Source: a virus (lineage: Duplodnaviria; Caudoviricetes). Taken from it: a stretch of DNA of 64,000 bases. Position numbers and translations under genes: made by a program. Under the pieces are notes generated by a model. It worked only from the letters and a program-made list of their open reading frames with translations. It ran no database searches and was not told where the DNA came from. The stretch lies in IMG/VR virus record IMGVR_UViG_2667527945_000002, positions 17,984 through 81,983 of that record; one strand, 5' to 3'. Positions 38,649-49,157 of this stretch are shown here, piece after piece. Position 1 is the first letter of the stretch. The number at the start of each line of letters is the position of its first letter.

Positions 38649-39838
38649 TTAAGCTGCTTTAGGCTGGCGGCTTAGGTCTGACCAACTATTGTGTTGGTGT
38701 TGCCATTGCTCGACCAATTTTTCCAGTTTGGAGTAGATTTGCTTCACAGCTGCTTCACCAAATCCCTTTGAGGCTTTGCCTGCTTTATTTTTAACGATGG
38801 CAAGTAAGCGGTGTGGTGGTATGTGCAGAACGCTGTAGAGACTTTGGAATCCTGCATTGTTCAGAGTGTCTAAATGCTTAGGGTCAATCTCAGCATCTTC
38901 TAAATACGTTTCTTTGGCCCATTCCATGCGCTCAATAAGGTGTGGGTGCGTTACTTCAATGCGATTGATGATGAGTTCATGTAGTGCATCATGGATGTCT
39001 GTCGGCCAGCGATCGGCTAAGTAATCACATGGAGGGTAAAAAGGCTGTAACCAGTCAGTCACAGAGACGGTGATATTTAATCCGTGATTGGATTTAACTT
39101 CGTAATACCAATCTAGATCGTTAATGATTTTAATGGTGTCCGCTTCTGGTCGGAAAGATAGGCCGTATTCAAAAACATGGATGTAGCATTTCAGTTTCCC
39201 GTCGGTCCCAAGAAATACTTTGTTTATTACGTCGCCGTCTTTGTGCATAAGACGAGCACGGGCCTCATTAAGTTCTTCAGAAAGCTGGGTGTTGGTTTGG
39301 ACCATCACGTTCTTTTTGGTTTCAGCATCCACCAGCTGGCTTTTAAGCTCACGGATCTTGGTGCGTTGTTCTTCGAGCAGTTTTTGCTTTTCATCGCTCT
39401 TTTTACGCTGTGCAGCAATGCGGCTTTTCATTTGATCAGGCTGCATATCCTGCAGGCGTTTGAGTTCAGCTAGCTTGTCTTTGACATTTGATTGAGAAAC
39501 TTTGGCTTGTGCTTTCTCTCTTTCGGCTTCAGATATGGTTTTTTTGCTTCTAGCTCAAGATCATCAAGGTTGGCGCGTAGCTCTGATAACTCATTCTCTG
39601 TACGAGATAGATCACCTTGGGTCTTTTCAAGTTCGTCACAAAGCGTGTTGAAATCATCAACTTCAGCATTGTACTGTTCAATGACAAGCTGCTCAGTCTG
39701 GTCGACCATGGCGATCGCAGCATTAACGGATGTATGAGCAATGCCTTCGGTTTTGTCTGCAGCAATGCCTAGCTGAAAACGAGCAGGGTTAAGGGCGGAC
39801 TGCAGGGCAGTTGCTACGTTACTTTTTTCGGTTGTCAT
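38649..39838 (-). CDS. coiled-coil protein with C-terminal helix-hairpin-helix/alpha-CTD-like domain (split at ~39543)
   Basis: One added A joins the 39838 and 39446 ORFs; LEDAEID...L..AG......L...GFG....QI. Confidence 0.6.
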
Positions 39839-39887
39839 TATACTTCTCCTTCAATCTTTAAACTCGGTATTGGTAAGCGGGTGTTAG

Positions 39888-40085
39888 CTATGGCTGCATG
39901 GAACGGTTCAAGAAGTCCCAGATCTTGTCGACATAAACCTCTAACTTCTGGTCAATGCGCGTGAGCTTTGCTTGCAGCGACCTTTTGAGGCGCATAGAAT
40001 AGGGAACTGGTTTACGCATTAAATAACAGTGAGCAGCTAACAGACGCTCTGAATGTTCCATTCTGGATAACTGTTGATTGTCCAT
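39888..40085 (-). CDS. hypothetical protein
   Basis: 65-aa ORF with AAGGA RBS. Confidence 0.5.
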   Translation of the reverse strand: MDNQQLSRMEHSERLLAAHCYLMRKPVPYSMRLKRSLQAKLTRIDQKLEVYVDKIWDFLNRSMQP

Positions 40086-40118
40086 TGTTGGGATCCTTCT
40101 TCCTGTGTGGTGTGTGGA

Positions 40119-40469
40119 CTATGGCGTATCAATCTTTGGTCGGGGCGATACGCCAACCTTTCTAAACTTCGGCTTAACTCTTAGCTTGAATCTCTTTCCA
40201 TCGGCATTTTTGCCGGTCAAATTAAACTCACTATCTATGTCATCAGCCAGCCTTTGAGCATCATCGTGGAAATCCGCGAACTGTTGCTGTGTCAGGTTGT
40301 TTGCTGTGTTTCCCTGAAATCGCGCTGAAAGCACTGTCACCTTGTGCCTCCCGTCTCCGTTCGCATGTCTTCGTGGTGTTGTCATCAACATTTTCCTGTC
40401 GTCGATAGAAATAATATTGGGTGTTAACGTCACTGTGACAGTTAGCTCCCTTCGAGCTAATGACGCCAA
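40119..40469 (-). CDS. hypothetical protein (true start probably ~40391 or downstream)
   Basis: First ORF of the leftward operon; AGGA RBS near 40395. Confidence 0.45.
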   Translation of the reverse strand: MASLARRELTVTVTLTPNIISIDDRKMLMTTPRRHANGDGRHKVTVLSARFQGNTANNLTQQQFADFHDDAQRLADDIDSEFNLTGKNADGKRFKLRVKPKFRKVGVSPRPKIDTP

Positions 40470-40477
40470 TATATATC

Positions 40478-40504
40478 TAAATCCTGTACAATGTACAGGA
40501 TTTT
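40478..40504. promoter_or_regulatory. 27-bp palindromic operator, copy 1
   Basis: TAAATCCTGTACAATGTACAGGATTTT, identical to 41761..41787. Confidence 0.75.
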
Positions 40505-40556
40505 TTTAAAAAGGTTGAGGCAGAGGCAAAAATCACTCAGCCAATTGGGACTCTCG

Positions 40557-41732
40557 ATGCAGACACATACAGTTAGTTTTTCTGAATCATCCGTTAAGCG
40601 AGCGCTAAAGAACGTGCAAGGTTGCGAAATTAAAGTTTCGTCACGCCCCACGGTTTTGTTGCGTCCGCATAAAGGTTCAGAGACGGGGACTTGGTATCTG
40701 CGTAAAGGGAAGAAATATCATCCACTTGGTGGGTATCCGGCAGTTTCTACGGCGGTCGTTAAAGAGCGCTTACCTCATATCGTGCTTGAATTGACGATGA
40801 ACCCAGATGCAAAGGTTGAGATCAGTAGCTTCCAGAAAGTAGCCGATCTCCTTAACTGGTATTGCGAACGTTCGCAAAATGACAGAGAGCTGTCTAAAAA
40901 GCGTAAAGCAACGGTGAAGTCAGTGATCAACAAGCACCTAATTCCGATGCTGGGTGATAAGGCTATTGATGAGCTAAATCATGCATGTATTGATGATGTG
41001 CTTATCTGGCCGCTTCAAAGTAAATACTCCCTCTCTAACGTAAGGCTGATTTTCTCAGCGTTAAAAGCGGCCTTTAAGATAGCTGCCAAGCAGAACCGGA
41101 TTGACTCTAATCCGCTTGCTGGTCTGTTGTTTACCGACTTTATTCAAAAACGTATCAATCCCAAAGACGCCCAAATCAGATCTGCTGATATTCCTTCGGT
41201 GTTTGCTTCGCTGGTGGAATGCCATTACAGCACTAGGATGCTGATCTTAATGATGCTCCTGTTTGGTACCCGTATAGGTGAAACCCGTCAGGCGAAATGG
41301 TCCCACATTGATAATGAATACTGGCACCTGCCAGCTGAACACACGAAAACCAAGCAGTCGCACCGTTTGCCATTGACTCCTTTTGCAAAGTCCCTGTTTG
41401 AATTGCATCGAAATACCCAGAAGTCGAAAGGCTATACAGGGCAGTTTCTTTTTCCTAACGATGATCGCAGTGGTCATTGTGTGCCAGCCAATACGGCGAG
41501 CATTCAGGTAAGGCGCGTGTCTGCTGGTAATTGGACCGCGCATGATTTGAGAAAAGTCGCTCGTACAGTGTGGGCAGACTTAGGTGTGGATTACATGGTC
41601 GGTGAAATGCTACTGAACCACGCCCTTAGCAAACTTGATAAGACTTACATCCATACTCACGTCGAACACAAGATGAAAGAAGCTCTTAACCAGTACCACG
41701 ATTGGCTGAAAGAGCAGGGCCTTTCGTTCTAA
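40557..41732 (+). CDS. tyrosine recombinase/integrase family protein
   Basis: GTRIGE, HTKT, HDLR, LLNH, TY catalytic residues. Confidence 0.9.
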   Translation: MQTHTVSFSESSVKRALKNVQGCEIKVSSRPTVLLRPHKGSETGTWYLRKGKKYHPLGGYPAVSTAVVKERLPHIVLELTMNPDAKVEISSFQKVADLLNWYCERSQNDRELSKKRKATVKSVINKHLIPMLGDKAIDELNHACIDDVLIWPLQSKYSLSNVRLIFSALKAAFKIAAKQNRIDSNPLAGLLFTDFIQKRINPKDAQIRSADIPSVFASLVECHYSTRMLILMMLLFGTRIGETRQAKWSHIDNEYWHLPAEHTKTKQSHRLPLTPFAKSLFELHRNTQKSKGYTGQFLFPNDDRSGHCVPANTASIQVRRVSAGNWTAHDLRKVARTVWADLGVDYMVGEMLLNHALSKLDKTYIHTHVEHKMKEALNQYHDWLKEQGLSF

Positions 41733-41760
41733 CCCTCTCAAAAATCCCAATCAATTAAAA

Positions 41761-41787
41761 TAAATCCTGTACAATGTACAGGATTTT
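41761..41787. promoter_or_regulatory. 27-bp palindromic operator, copy 2
   Basis: Identical to 40478..40504; overlaps the likely promoter of the aphA-like operon. Confidence 0.75.
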
Positions 41788-41826
41788 GTTATATGGTGTT
41801 TCCACTTTCAAAAAAGGAGTGTCGAA

Positions 41827-42339
41827 ATGCTGTTAAACGAATTGAATATTCACCTACTTTCTCTGCTATCTGAGCACAAAAAAGCAACGGGTTATGGCCT
41901 AACAAAAATGATGAGCACTAGCCATGTATGGCGTGCGTCTCATCAACAAATCTATCGTTCACTGAACAAGCTAGCCGACGATGGCTTTCTTGCTTGTCAG
42001 GACGAGCCGCAAAAAGGTAAGCCTGATCGTAAGCATTATTCACTCACTGAGGTGGGTATCAAAAAGCTGAATGAGGCAGTAGAAAGCGCCCTTCCTTCAA
42101 TCAAATCACTGCACAGCATTCGCACTGTCATGTTGAATGTGGGTAATCAAAATTACTTTGAAGAGCTACTGGAACAGTTAAGAGCTGAGATCCAGAAAAC
42201 AGAGCTGTTACTTGAAAAAGCTGAAACCCCGTCAGAACGTATTTCTATGCAGCGTGAGATTTACATTAATCGCGCTGAAGAAAGCTATTGCGTAGAGGCT
42301 TTGGAGTACCTTCAAAGCGCGAAACAAATAGCTGCTTAA
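41827..42339 (+). CDS. AphA-like PadR-family transcription regulator
   Basis: ATGY.LTK....W.ASHQQIYR.LNK......C..EPQ.GKPDRK.YS.T..G closely follows the Vibrio AphA winged helix. Confidence 0.85.
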   Translation: MLLNELNIHLLSLLSEHKKATGYGLTKMMSTSHVWRASHQQIYRSLNKLADDGFLACQDEPQKGKPDRKHYSLTEVGIKKLNEAVESALPSIKSLHSIRTVMLNVGNQNYFEELLEQLRAEIQKTELLLEKAETPSERISMQREIYINRAEESYCVEALEYLQSAKQIAA

Positions 42340-42354
42340 AACAGGGAGCTAACC

Positions 42355-42900
42355 ATGAGCATGTCAACAACAAGTCACGATATAAAAGCAGAAGTGAAGC
42401 ACCTTAATGCTAAGGGGTTATCCGTTGATGTTATCGCTTTTACATTAGGTCTATCACCTTTGTCTGTTAAGGGGTTTCTGAAAAAGCCTTTAACCATTTG
42501 GTCTGATGAAGACAAGCAATCTCTAAAGAATAACGCCGGAAAGATGAGTGCCGATGACATTGCCAGCCTTGTAAATAAAACAAAAAGACAAGTACAGGCA
42601 AAAGCCCAGAAAATGGGCATTTCGTTGGCATTTAAAAATGCAAAGCCTAAGCCGTGGACGTTAAATGACGAACGTTTCATTAAGCGTAATGCGGGGCTGA
42701 TATCCGGTGTAGAAATCGCTAAGAGTTTGGGACGAAAAGTTGAACATGTTTATCGAAAAGCATACCTGATGGAGCTTTCTCTTTACGTTCGTGGAGAGAA
42801 CAGCCATGCCGCAATTTACCCCGACCATGAAATTGAACTGTGCCGTCAGCTCGCTGATGAAGGACTGAAGGCGCCAACAATTGCAAAAAAATGGAGATGA
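42355..42900 (+). CDS. multi-HTH DNA-binding protein (C-terminus probably frameshifted at the A-run ~42885)
   Basis: Repeated W...E...L......IA..L units. Confidence 0.65.
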   Translation: MSMSTTSHDIKAEVKHLNAKGLSVDVIAFTLGLSPLSVKGFLKKPLTIWSDEDKQSLKNNAGKMSADDIASLVNKTKRQVQAKAQKMGISLAFKNAKPKPWTLNDERFIKRNAGLISGVEIAKSLGRKVEHVYRKAYLMELSLYVRGENSHAAIYPDHEIELCRQLADEGLKAPTIAKKWR

Positions 42901-42974
42901 GCCGTAGCTTTGTTCATCAAGTGATCAAGCACGAGCGCAGAACCTATTGCTAACAACACAAAGAAGGAAACCCA

Positions 42975-43981
42975 ATGAGTATTTCATTGAATGCAGTTGC
43001 TCTACACCAATTGGTAAAAATGAACAAGAGGAATTAGTTGTTCATTTTGGTAATCATCACCAACCTATCCAGCCAGCATATGAGGCACTTGTAGAAGAGC
43101 TTCACCGTGCTTACGCAGGCAAAGCCAAAGGCTATGGTCAGTTCCAGTCTGACAGTGATTTTCAACAATGGCTGACAGATTGCCGTAAAGGAAACGCACC
43201 GTTTTATGAATTCTCTAAAACCAGCGCCGTTCGCCTTAAAGATGAACTTAGTAAGTACCCTTTTGCTGATGCAGGGACGTTAGTTTTTGCTGAGTACCAG
43301 TCGTTAGCTACTGACTACTTGCTAGTTGGCTTAGTGTCTTCTAACTCTGGCATGACCGTAATGGACAACCTTAGCCTGAGTGCAACGGCTTACCTTGATA
43401 TTGCCAAGATGGATCTTGCTGCAGTTATTGACCTTTCTACCTTTGAAACCGATTCAGATTCAAACCGTTACTTGTCATTCATTAAAGGGCGAGTGGGCCG
43501 TAAGGTGTCTGACTTCTTCCTTGATTTCTTACAAGCTGAAGTGGGCTTTGATGCGAAGCAGCAAAACCAAGTGTTAATGCAGGCTGTTGAGGACTTTTGT
43601 TCCGATGCGAAGCTAGACAAAGAAGAAAAGGTTTCGTTTAAAAAGTCGGTGCATGACTACTGTAATGATCAGAAGAAGTGTGGTGAAGAAGTTAATGTCA
43701 AAGAGCTATCAGGTGAGCTTCCAGAGTTTGGCGACGTAGGGACCTTTATTAATTACACAGAAGAGCAGGGTTATGAGTTGGAAGATAGTTTTCCTGCTGA
43801 TGCTGGTTGCGTTCGTAAGCTTACAAAGTTTATTGGTGCTGGTGGCGGTCTGAACCTGTCTTTTGATGCTCTACTACTAGGTGAGCGCGTTTTCTATGAT
43901 GCCGAAACCGACACTCTTACCATCAAGGGAACACCGCCTAACCTACGCGATCAGTTAACTCGCCAAGGGGGTGCAAAATGA
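42975..43981 (+). CDS. yejK: nucleoid-associated protein YejK/NdpA (5' end restored by an A-run repair at ~43018)
   Basis: MSISLNAVALHQLVK start; SNRYLSFIKGRVGRKVSDFF and IKGTPPNLRDQL motifs. Confidence 0.9.
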
Positions 43982-44706
43982 ACCCTCTATTCAATGCCAA
44001 AGGTGAGCAAGTCCCACCACGTCCAGAACTGACCGACGAAATGAAAAAAGCCGGTGCATTAAAAGCGGTTCAAAGCGGTCACTTAGCTCGTGTTAATGAA
44101 GATGAAGCCGAGCAGTTTTTCGTAGATATTGCCAAGCATTACTACTGTGGTGTTGATGCTTATGACCTAGCCAAAGACATGGATAACTATGGTGGTTGGA
44201 ACGTTGACTCGATGTTTGTTGATGATATGGAGCAGGTAGATAGCCATATCCAAGACATCCACCGCAATGCGATTAAAGATTGGGCTGATGCTTACCAGCC
44301 TGTACCGCCTTTTGAATTGGGAGTAGAGCTTCACCTTCATTCCTTTGATGGTCCTAGCAATGGTGTTATAGACCGCATCTATGAATACGACCCAGCAAAG
44401 TACTGCGTAAGAATGGCAGGAACTGCCGAGGGCGACACTTCACGCCGTTTAATCAAGTTTGAAGAGGCGAGACTTCGCAAAGTGACTGTTGGTGATGTTG
44501 TCGAGCCGATAAAGCCTGACTATCAGCTAGCTAGTGGTTGCAGCCGTTACGATAACGCTGTGGTTGTGTCCGTTGAACCATTTGTACTGGTGTCCCATGG
44601 TGCTGATATGCGTTGGCAATCAACCGTTAAGCGCGAGCAATTCAAAATTGTAGGCAAGGTAGAGGGTGAAGCCCTTGAAGCCTGTATGAAGCGTTCGGAG
44701 GCTTAA
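43978..44706 (+). CDS. hypothetical phage protein
   Basis: 242-aa ORF in the rightward operon. Confidence 0.6.
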   Translation: MNPLFNAKGEQVPPRPELTDEMKKAGALKAVQSGHLARVNEDEAEQFFVDIAKHYYCGVDAYDLAKDMDNYGGWNVDSMFVDDMEQVDSHIQDIHRNAIKDWADAYQPVPPFELGVELHLHSFDGPSNGVIDRIYEYDPAKYCVRMAGTAEGDTSRRLIKFEEARLRKVTVGDVVEPIKPDYQLASGCSRYDNAVVVSVEPFVLVSHGADMRWQSTVKREQFKIVGKVEGEALEACMKRSEA

Positions 44707-44708
44707 CC

Positions 44709-45194
44709 ATGGCAAAGCAACTGACTAAATTAGACGCGATACGCTTATTTGAGCAAGCAACTTATCAAGAAAATCTCTGGGAACATTTGATGGATGATTT
44801 TTATGATGAAAAAACAAACTCGTTTCCAACCATTTATGACGTCATGGTTGCCCTTGGGGTAAGTAAGGAAGAGTACGTACAGGCGACAAGCTCAGAAAAT
44901 GTTGATTGGCCTGAAGAAACACAGATTAAAAATGTGCTCTTAGAAACCTCTGTTGAGGTTAAAGGTCCCGTCGAGTATGGAATGACACTCGCGGCTTACC
45001 TGATAGCTGGTGCAAACGTATGGCCGTGGCATAAGGGCTATAAACCTCTCGATACTGAAGAGTGCTCACACCACCTATATGGGTGGGAAGAATGCGGATT
45101 CCTGAAACATGCCGGTGTTGGGGAGTTAGCGTCTGGTGATTTTAAGTCTCCTTTGGAGTTAATTGATGCTGTTAAAAAGGCCAAGGGGGCTTAA
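44709..45194 (+). CDS. hypothetical protein
   Basis: ORF with GGAGG RBS. Confidence 0.6.
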   Translation: MAKQLTKLDAIRLFEQATYQENLWEHLMDDFYDEKTNSFPTIYDVMVALGVSKEEYVQATSSENVDWPEETQIKNVLLETSVEVKGPVEYGMTLAAYLIAGANVWPWHKGYKPLDTEECSHHLYGWEECGFLKHAGVGELASGDFKSPLELIDAVKKAKGA

Positions 45195-45196
45195 CC

Positions 45197-45679
45197 ATGC
45201 ATGATCCTATTTCTATCGACCAAATGAGCGTGGTTAATGCCATCAATGCAGAGCTATCGCGCCAATGCCCTAACATGCCTTTCTGTCCGAGCATCTTCAA
45301 TACGGTGATCAAAGCTGCCAATTTGGTAGTTGAAGAATGCGGTCGAGAGCCGGTGAAAGTTAGAGAAGGTATGTCTATCTCTGAATGGTTTGAATGTGAT
45401 GATACAGGAACTAGCTCAAAGTATATGGCTTATGCCATTGATGGTGGCACTACACGCTTGCCTATACAGAGTTATTCATACCCTCATGATGCTGATGATT
45501 TCGGTCGCTGCCTTCGTATGGTCCGAGCGTTGGGTTTTGATAAGAAAGTAGTTGTGATGATAACCGCTGGCGATGAGTGGAGAGAGATTGCTACTCACTG
45601 GGATGAGCTGGTGGCTCATTATGACAATGAAAACTGGGAAGGGCTTTACAGCTTCTTGTCCGGCTTGAGCAAAAGCTAA
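45197..45679 (+). CDS. hypothetical phage protein
   Basis: W...DTGTSSK and YPHDADDFGRC motifs common in phage proteins. Confidence 0.6.
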   Translation: MHDPISIDQMSVVNAINAELSRQCPNMPFCPSIFNTVIKAANLVVEECGREPVKVREGMSISEWFECDDTGTSSKYMAYAIDGGTTRLPIQSYSYPHDADDFGRCLRMVRALGFDKKVVVMITAGDEWREIATHWDELVAHYDNENWEGLYSFLSGLSKS

Positions 45680-45691
45680 GGAGTCGGGACT

Positions 45692-46093
45692 ATGCAAAAT
45701 AAAGTGGGGGCAGATTCAATCTGCCTCAACGATAAGCTGGAAGCCCTGATCGCCATACTTCGCAAGGGTAAGTATGAGTTTGCTGATGAAAAGGTATGCC
45801 AAGAGTACCTAGAAGAGCACTTTACAAACCTTGGGCTTCGCTTTGAACGTGAGTACCGCCTATCTGATGGCCGCAGCATCATAGATTTTTATTTTCCTAA
45901 TTCCGGTATAGGGCTGGAAGTTAAAGCGTCAAAGGCGTGGAACAAAATGGGCGTATATCGCCAGTGTGAGCGTTATTGCCTTAATCCTGAAGTCAACGGT
46001 TTGATACTGGCAACCGCTAAGCCACAGGGGCTACCAGAGAAAATTGAAGGCAAACCAACGCGCTTTTATCACTTAGGGGAGAACGGGCTATGA
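45692..46093 (+). CDS. PD-(D/E)XK nuclease-like protein
   Basis: FEREYRL...IDF.....GLEVK...Q..RY. Confidence 0.65.
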   Translation: MQNKVGADSICLNDKLEALIAILRKGKYEFADEKVCQEYLEEHFTNLGLRFEREYRLSDGRSIIDFYFPNSGIGLEVKASKAWNKMGVYRQCERYCLNPEVNGLILATAKPQGLPEKIEGKPTRFYHLGENGL

Positions 46094-47840
46094 GCAAGCT
46101 TGTTGTTAACAGAACGTTTGGCGAGCTACACCGCACTGAATCTGGTTGGGATCTGGTGGATATAGAGCCTCATGTGGCAATTCGCCTAAAACAGCTTTTC
46201 CCTAAGATACCTAAGCACAAAGCAAAATTGTTTTCTTTGCAGGACTCACAGGAAGTCGCAGCGGATCTTCTTTGGTTTACTCAGCGTTACGCATTAAAGG
46301 CGTCTGATAAAGATTTACGGTACCTGAAAAAGCGTAGCCGCGAGTATCACAAGAAGCAGGAAGAGGCGCATTCAATTCTACTTCCTGATTATATGCCGGC
46401 GGTACGTGTTGGATTGATGCCTAATCAGTCCCTTCGTGATTACCAGCTGGTGGGGTTGGACCTACTGGAGTCGGTTAAAAGGCTTCTGGTTATTGATGAT
46501 GTTGGTTTGGGTAAAACCTATCTTGGTTTGGGTGTAGGACTACTCCCTAACGCTTTACCAATGGTTATTGTTGTTGAACCTCACCTGCAGGAGCAATGGT
46601 GCGAGAAAGCGGCAGAGTTCATCAATCTGTCAGTGCATAAAGCAAAAGGGAATAAACCCTACAAGCTACCGCAAGCCGATATCTATGTTTTCAAATATAG
46701 CCAGCTTTCCTCATGGGTAGATGTGCTTACCGCTGGATGGGTGAAAGCGATTATCTATGACGAAATCCAACAGCTTAGACGTGGTGGAGAGAGTCAACGT
46801 GGTATGGCTGCGTTAGCCATTAATCAAACCGTTCCTATTGTCGTAGGGCTTACAGCAACGCTTATCTACAACTACGGGATAGAAGCTTTCAATATCTGCA
46901 ATATGGTCAGACATGAAGTGCTAGGAAGCCGTGATGAGTTTTTGCGTGAGTGGTGTACTCGTGATTACGGTCAAGCTAATGATAAAGGCATTGTTGCCGA
47001 TCCTGATGCGCTAGGTTCATACCTTCGAGAATCAAGAGTACTTATCCGTCGTACTAAGGCTGATGTTGGTCAAGTGGCGAAACAGTTAGAGCCGCATATT
47101 GAGTGGGTGGCGCCAAACATGAAGAAAGTGGCTGATATGGAAGTCTTAGCTGAGCAGTTGGCGGTTAAAACTCTATCCGGTTCTTATGTGGAACGAGGGC
47201 AGGCAGCGCGAGACTTTGACCTCAAGATGCGCGAAATGACAGGTATAGCAAAAGCTCACAGCGTTGCTGCTTATGTTCGTATGTTTATTGAGTCTGGTAC
47301 CCTGTGGTTCTTTTCGGTTGGCATAGGGCTGTTTACGACATTTGGGCCAAAGAATTAGCCGATCTTAACCCGCTCTTTTATACCGGCTCTGAAAGCCAAG
47401 TACAGAAGGAACGCAATAAGAAAGCGTTTGTTAACGGTGAGTCTGAGCTGCTAATCATGAGTTTGCGCTCTGGTGCGGGTACCGATGGCATTCAGCATCG
47501 ATGTTCAACCGTTATTTTCGGGGAAGAGGATTGGAGTCCGCAGGTAATGACTCAGTGCATTGGTCGATTGGACCGTGACGGTCAAGCCGACTCTGTTTTT
47601 GTGTTCCATGCAGTCACCCAGTACGGCAGTGATCCAGAAATGCTCTCTATCTTGGGTGTGAAGTCTTCACAGGCACGAGGCATTCAAGACCCAGGTTCTA
47701 AGGTCGTTGGAAAGCAGGTAGATACGGACCGTATCAAGAAGCTTGCAGAGAGCTACCTTGCAGGGCGTGGTGTGAAAGTGCCAGAAAAAGTGAAATCACT
47801 CAAGGATGCAGACGTAGAGCTGCTTAGAGAAGTTATTTAG
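46090..47840 (+). CDS. SNF2-family helicase (split by a C-run deletion at ~47301)
   Basis: LRDYQ, DDVGLGKT, YDEIQ, LTATLIYN; C-terminal W.P....Q.IGRL.R.GQ. Confidence 0.85.
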
Positions 47841-47846
47841 GGGTTA

Positions 47847-48074
47847 TTGATTATGACAAGCACAATTAAACACATACATATTCCGGTTGAAAGCCTTTTG
47901 GCTATGGAAGAGCAAGAGTTTAGCGAAACAGTGACGCATCCAGATGGAATGGAAGCAGCGAAAAAAGAGTTGATGGAAATGCTTGATGAGGGGGTTACTT
48001 GTCTGGTGTTGGATTCGACTTGTGACAATAGAAAATCAGACGGTTCGTGCGCTGGGCACCCTGTAGAAGATTAA
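47847..48074 (+). CDS. hypothetical protein
   Basis: Small ORF ending in CDN...DG.C.GH. Confidence 0.55.
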   Translation: MIMTSTIKHIHIPVESLLAMEEQEFSETVTHPDGMEAAKKELMEMLDEGVTCLVLDSTCDNRKSDGSCAGHPVED

Positions 48075-48078
48075 GGAT

Positions 48079-48849
48079 TTGATGATGAAAGAAACATACC
48101 TTCCATTTACTGCAGATATGGTCAAAGCGTTGTTAGATGGCCGCAAACTTGTTACCCGTCGCCCTCTGGTTATTCCAGAGGGCTGGGAGTTACACGACCG
48201 CAAACCATCCAAGATCACCAGCTCTCACCCTAAAAAGGGTAAATGGGGCGCATTAATAAGGCGTGGTGTTGGCACTGACTTCCCTCAGTCAAACCTTGTC
48301 ACTGCTCCTTGTTTTGTGGGCGATTTAGTCTGGGTTCGTGAAACGTGGGGAGTTATTAGTCACTATTTTGATGAAAACGGCAATTTTGTTGACTGGACGC
48401 CAGATAGACCAGCACTGCCAGTAAAAGAGCTGAAATACGGGAAAGGCTACTATTCTGGTCATGTCATTTTCCGCGCTGATGGTGAAATGAATTGGTGTGA
48501 TGATTTTGGAGAGGAAAAGTCTGCATGGCACCCTTCCATTCATATGCCAAAGGCAACGAGTCGAATCACATTAAAAGTAACTGATGTTCGTATTGAACGT
48601 GTGCAAGAAATCACGGAAGAGCAAGCCATTCTTGAAGGAATGCCGACAAATGAAGAATGTCAGCGTATGGCGGTTGAGTCCGGTTTGAGTTGGTACCAAA
48701 AGCCAGTTACTTGGTTTAAGAGCCTATGGGACAGTATTTACAACGATTGGAATAATAACCCGTATGTCTGGGCTATTGAGTTTGAGGTCGTTAATAAGAA
48801 CATTTCAGAGGTTGTCGAAGATCTAAAGCAACAGGAGAGTGCAGCATGA
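48079..48849 (+). CDS. ASCH-domain protein
   Basis: F...MV.ALLDGRK..TRR, GD.VWVRETW, W.PSIHMP...SRI.L.VT.VR.ER, NPYVW.IEF. Confidence 0.85.
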   Translation: MMMKETYLPFTADMVKALLDGRKLVTRRPLVIPEGWELHDRKPSKITSSHPKKGKWGALIRRGVGTDFPQSNLVTAPCFVGDLVWVRETWGVISHYFDENGNFVDWTPDRPALPVKELKYGKGYYSGHVIFRADGEMNWCDDFGEEKSAWHPSIHMPKATSRITLKVTDVRIERVQEITEEQAILEGMPTNEECQRMAVESGLSWYQKPVTWFKSLWDSIYNDWNNNPYVWAIEFEVVNKNISEVVEDLKQQESAA

Positions 48850-49157
48850 AAAACTACTTTGCAGAAATAATGAAATTGGTTACACGTCCTGATTTCCGTT
48901 CAAGTAGCGCTGTCACTCAGGCTATGCATGAAGAGTTTGCGGACGCTCAGTTGCTGATTGGCGCTCAGGCGCACATGGGCGACAAGTTGGTCCTTCACCG
49001 TCTTAAAGGCCGTTATGGCTGGTGGAATGAAGAAGTTTGCACCATAGATGAGCTGTATGCTTACCGCCAAAAAGCCCTTGATGATAATGATCATATCAGC
49101 GTATTGATATTTACCAGCATGATTGCGGCTAGAGAAGCGCATAAGGACTCGTTATGA
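48846..49157 (+). CDS. hypothetical protein
   Basis: ORF in operon with ATGA overlap. Confidence 0.55.
   Translation: MKNYFAEIMKLVTRPDFRSSSAVTQAMHEEFADAQLLIGAQAHMGDKLVLHRLKGRYGWWNEEVCTIDELYAYRQKALDDNDHISVLIFTSMIAAREAHKDSL

Noticed and set aside
40485-40499. CTGTACAATGTACAG as a LexA box
   Set aside because: Spacer is 7 bp; better explained as part of the 27-bp phage palindrome
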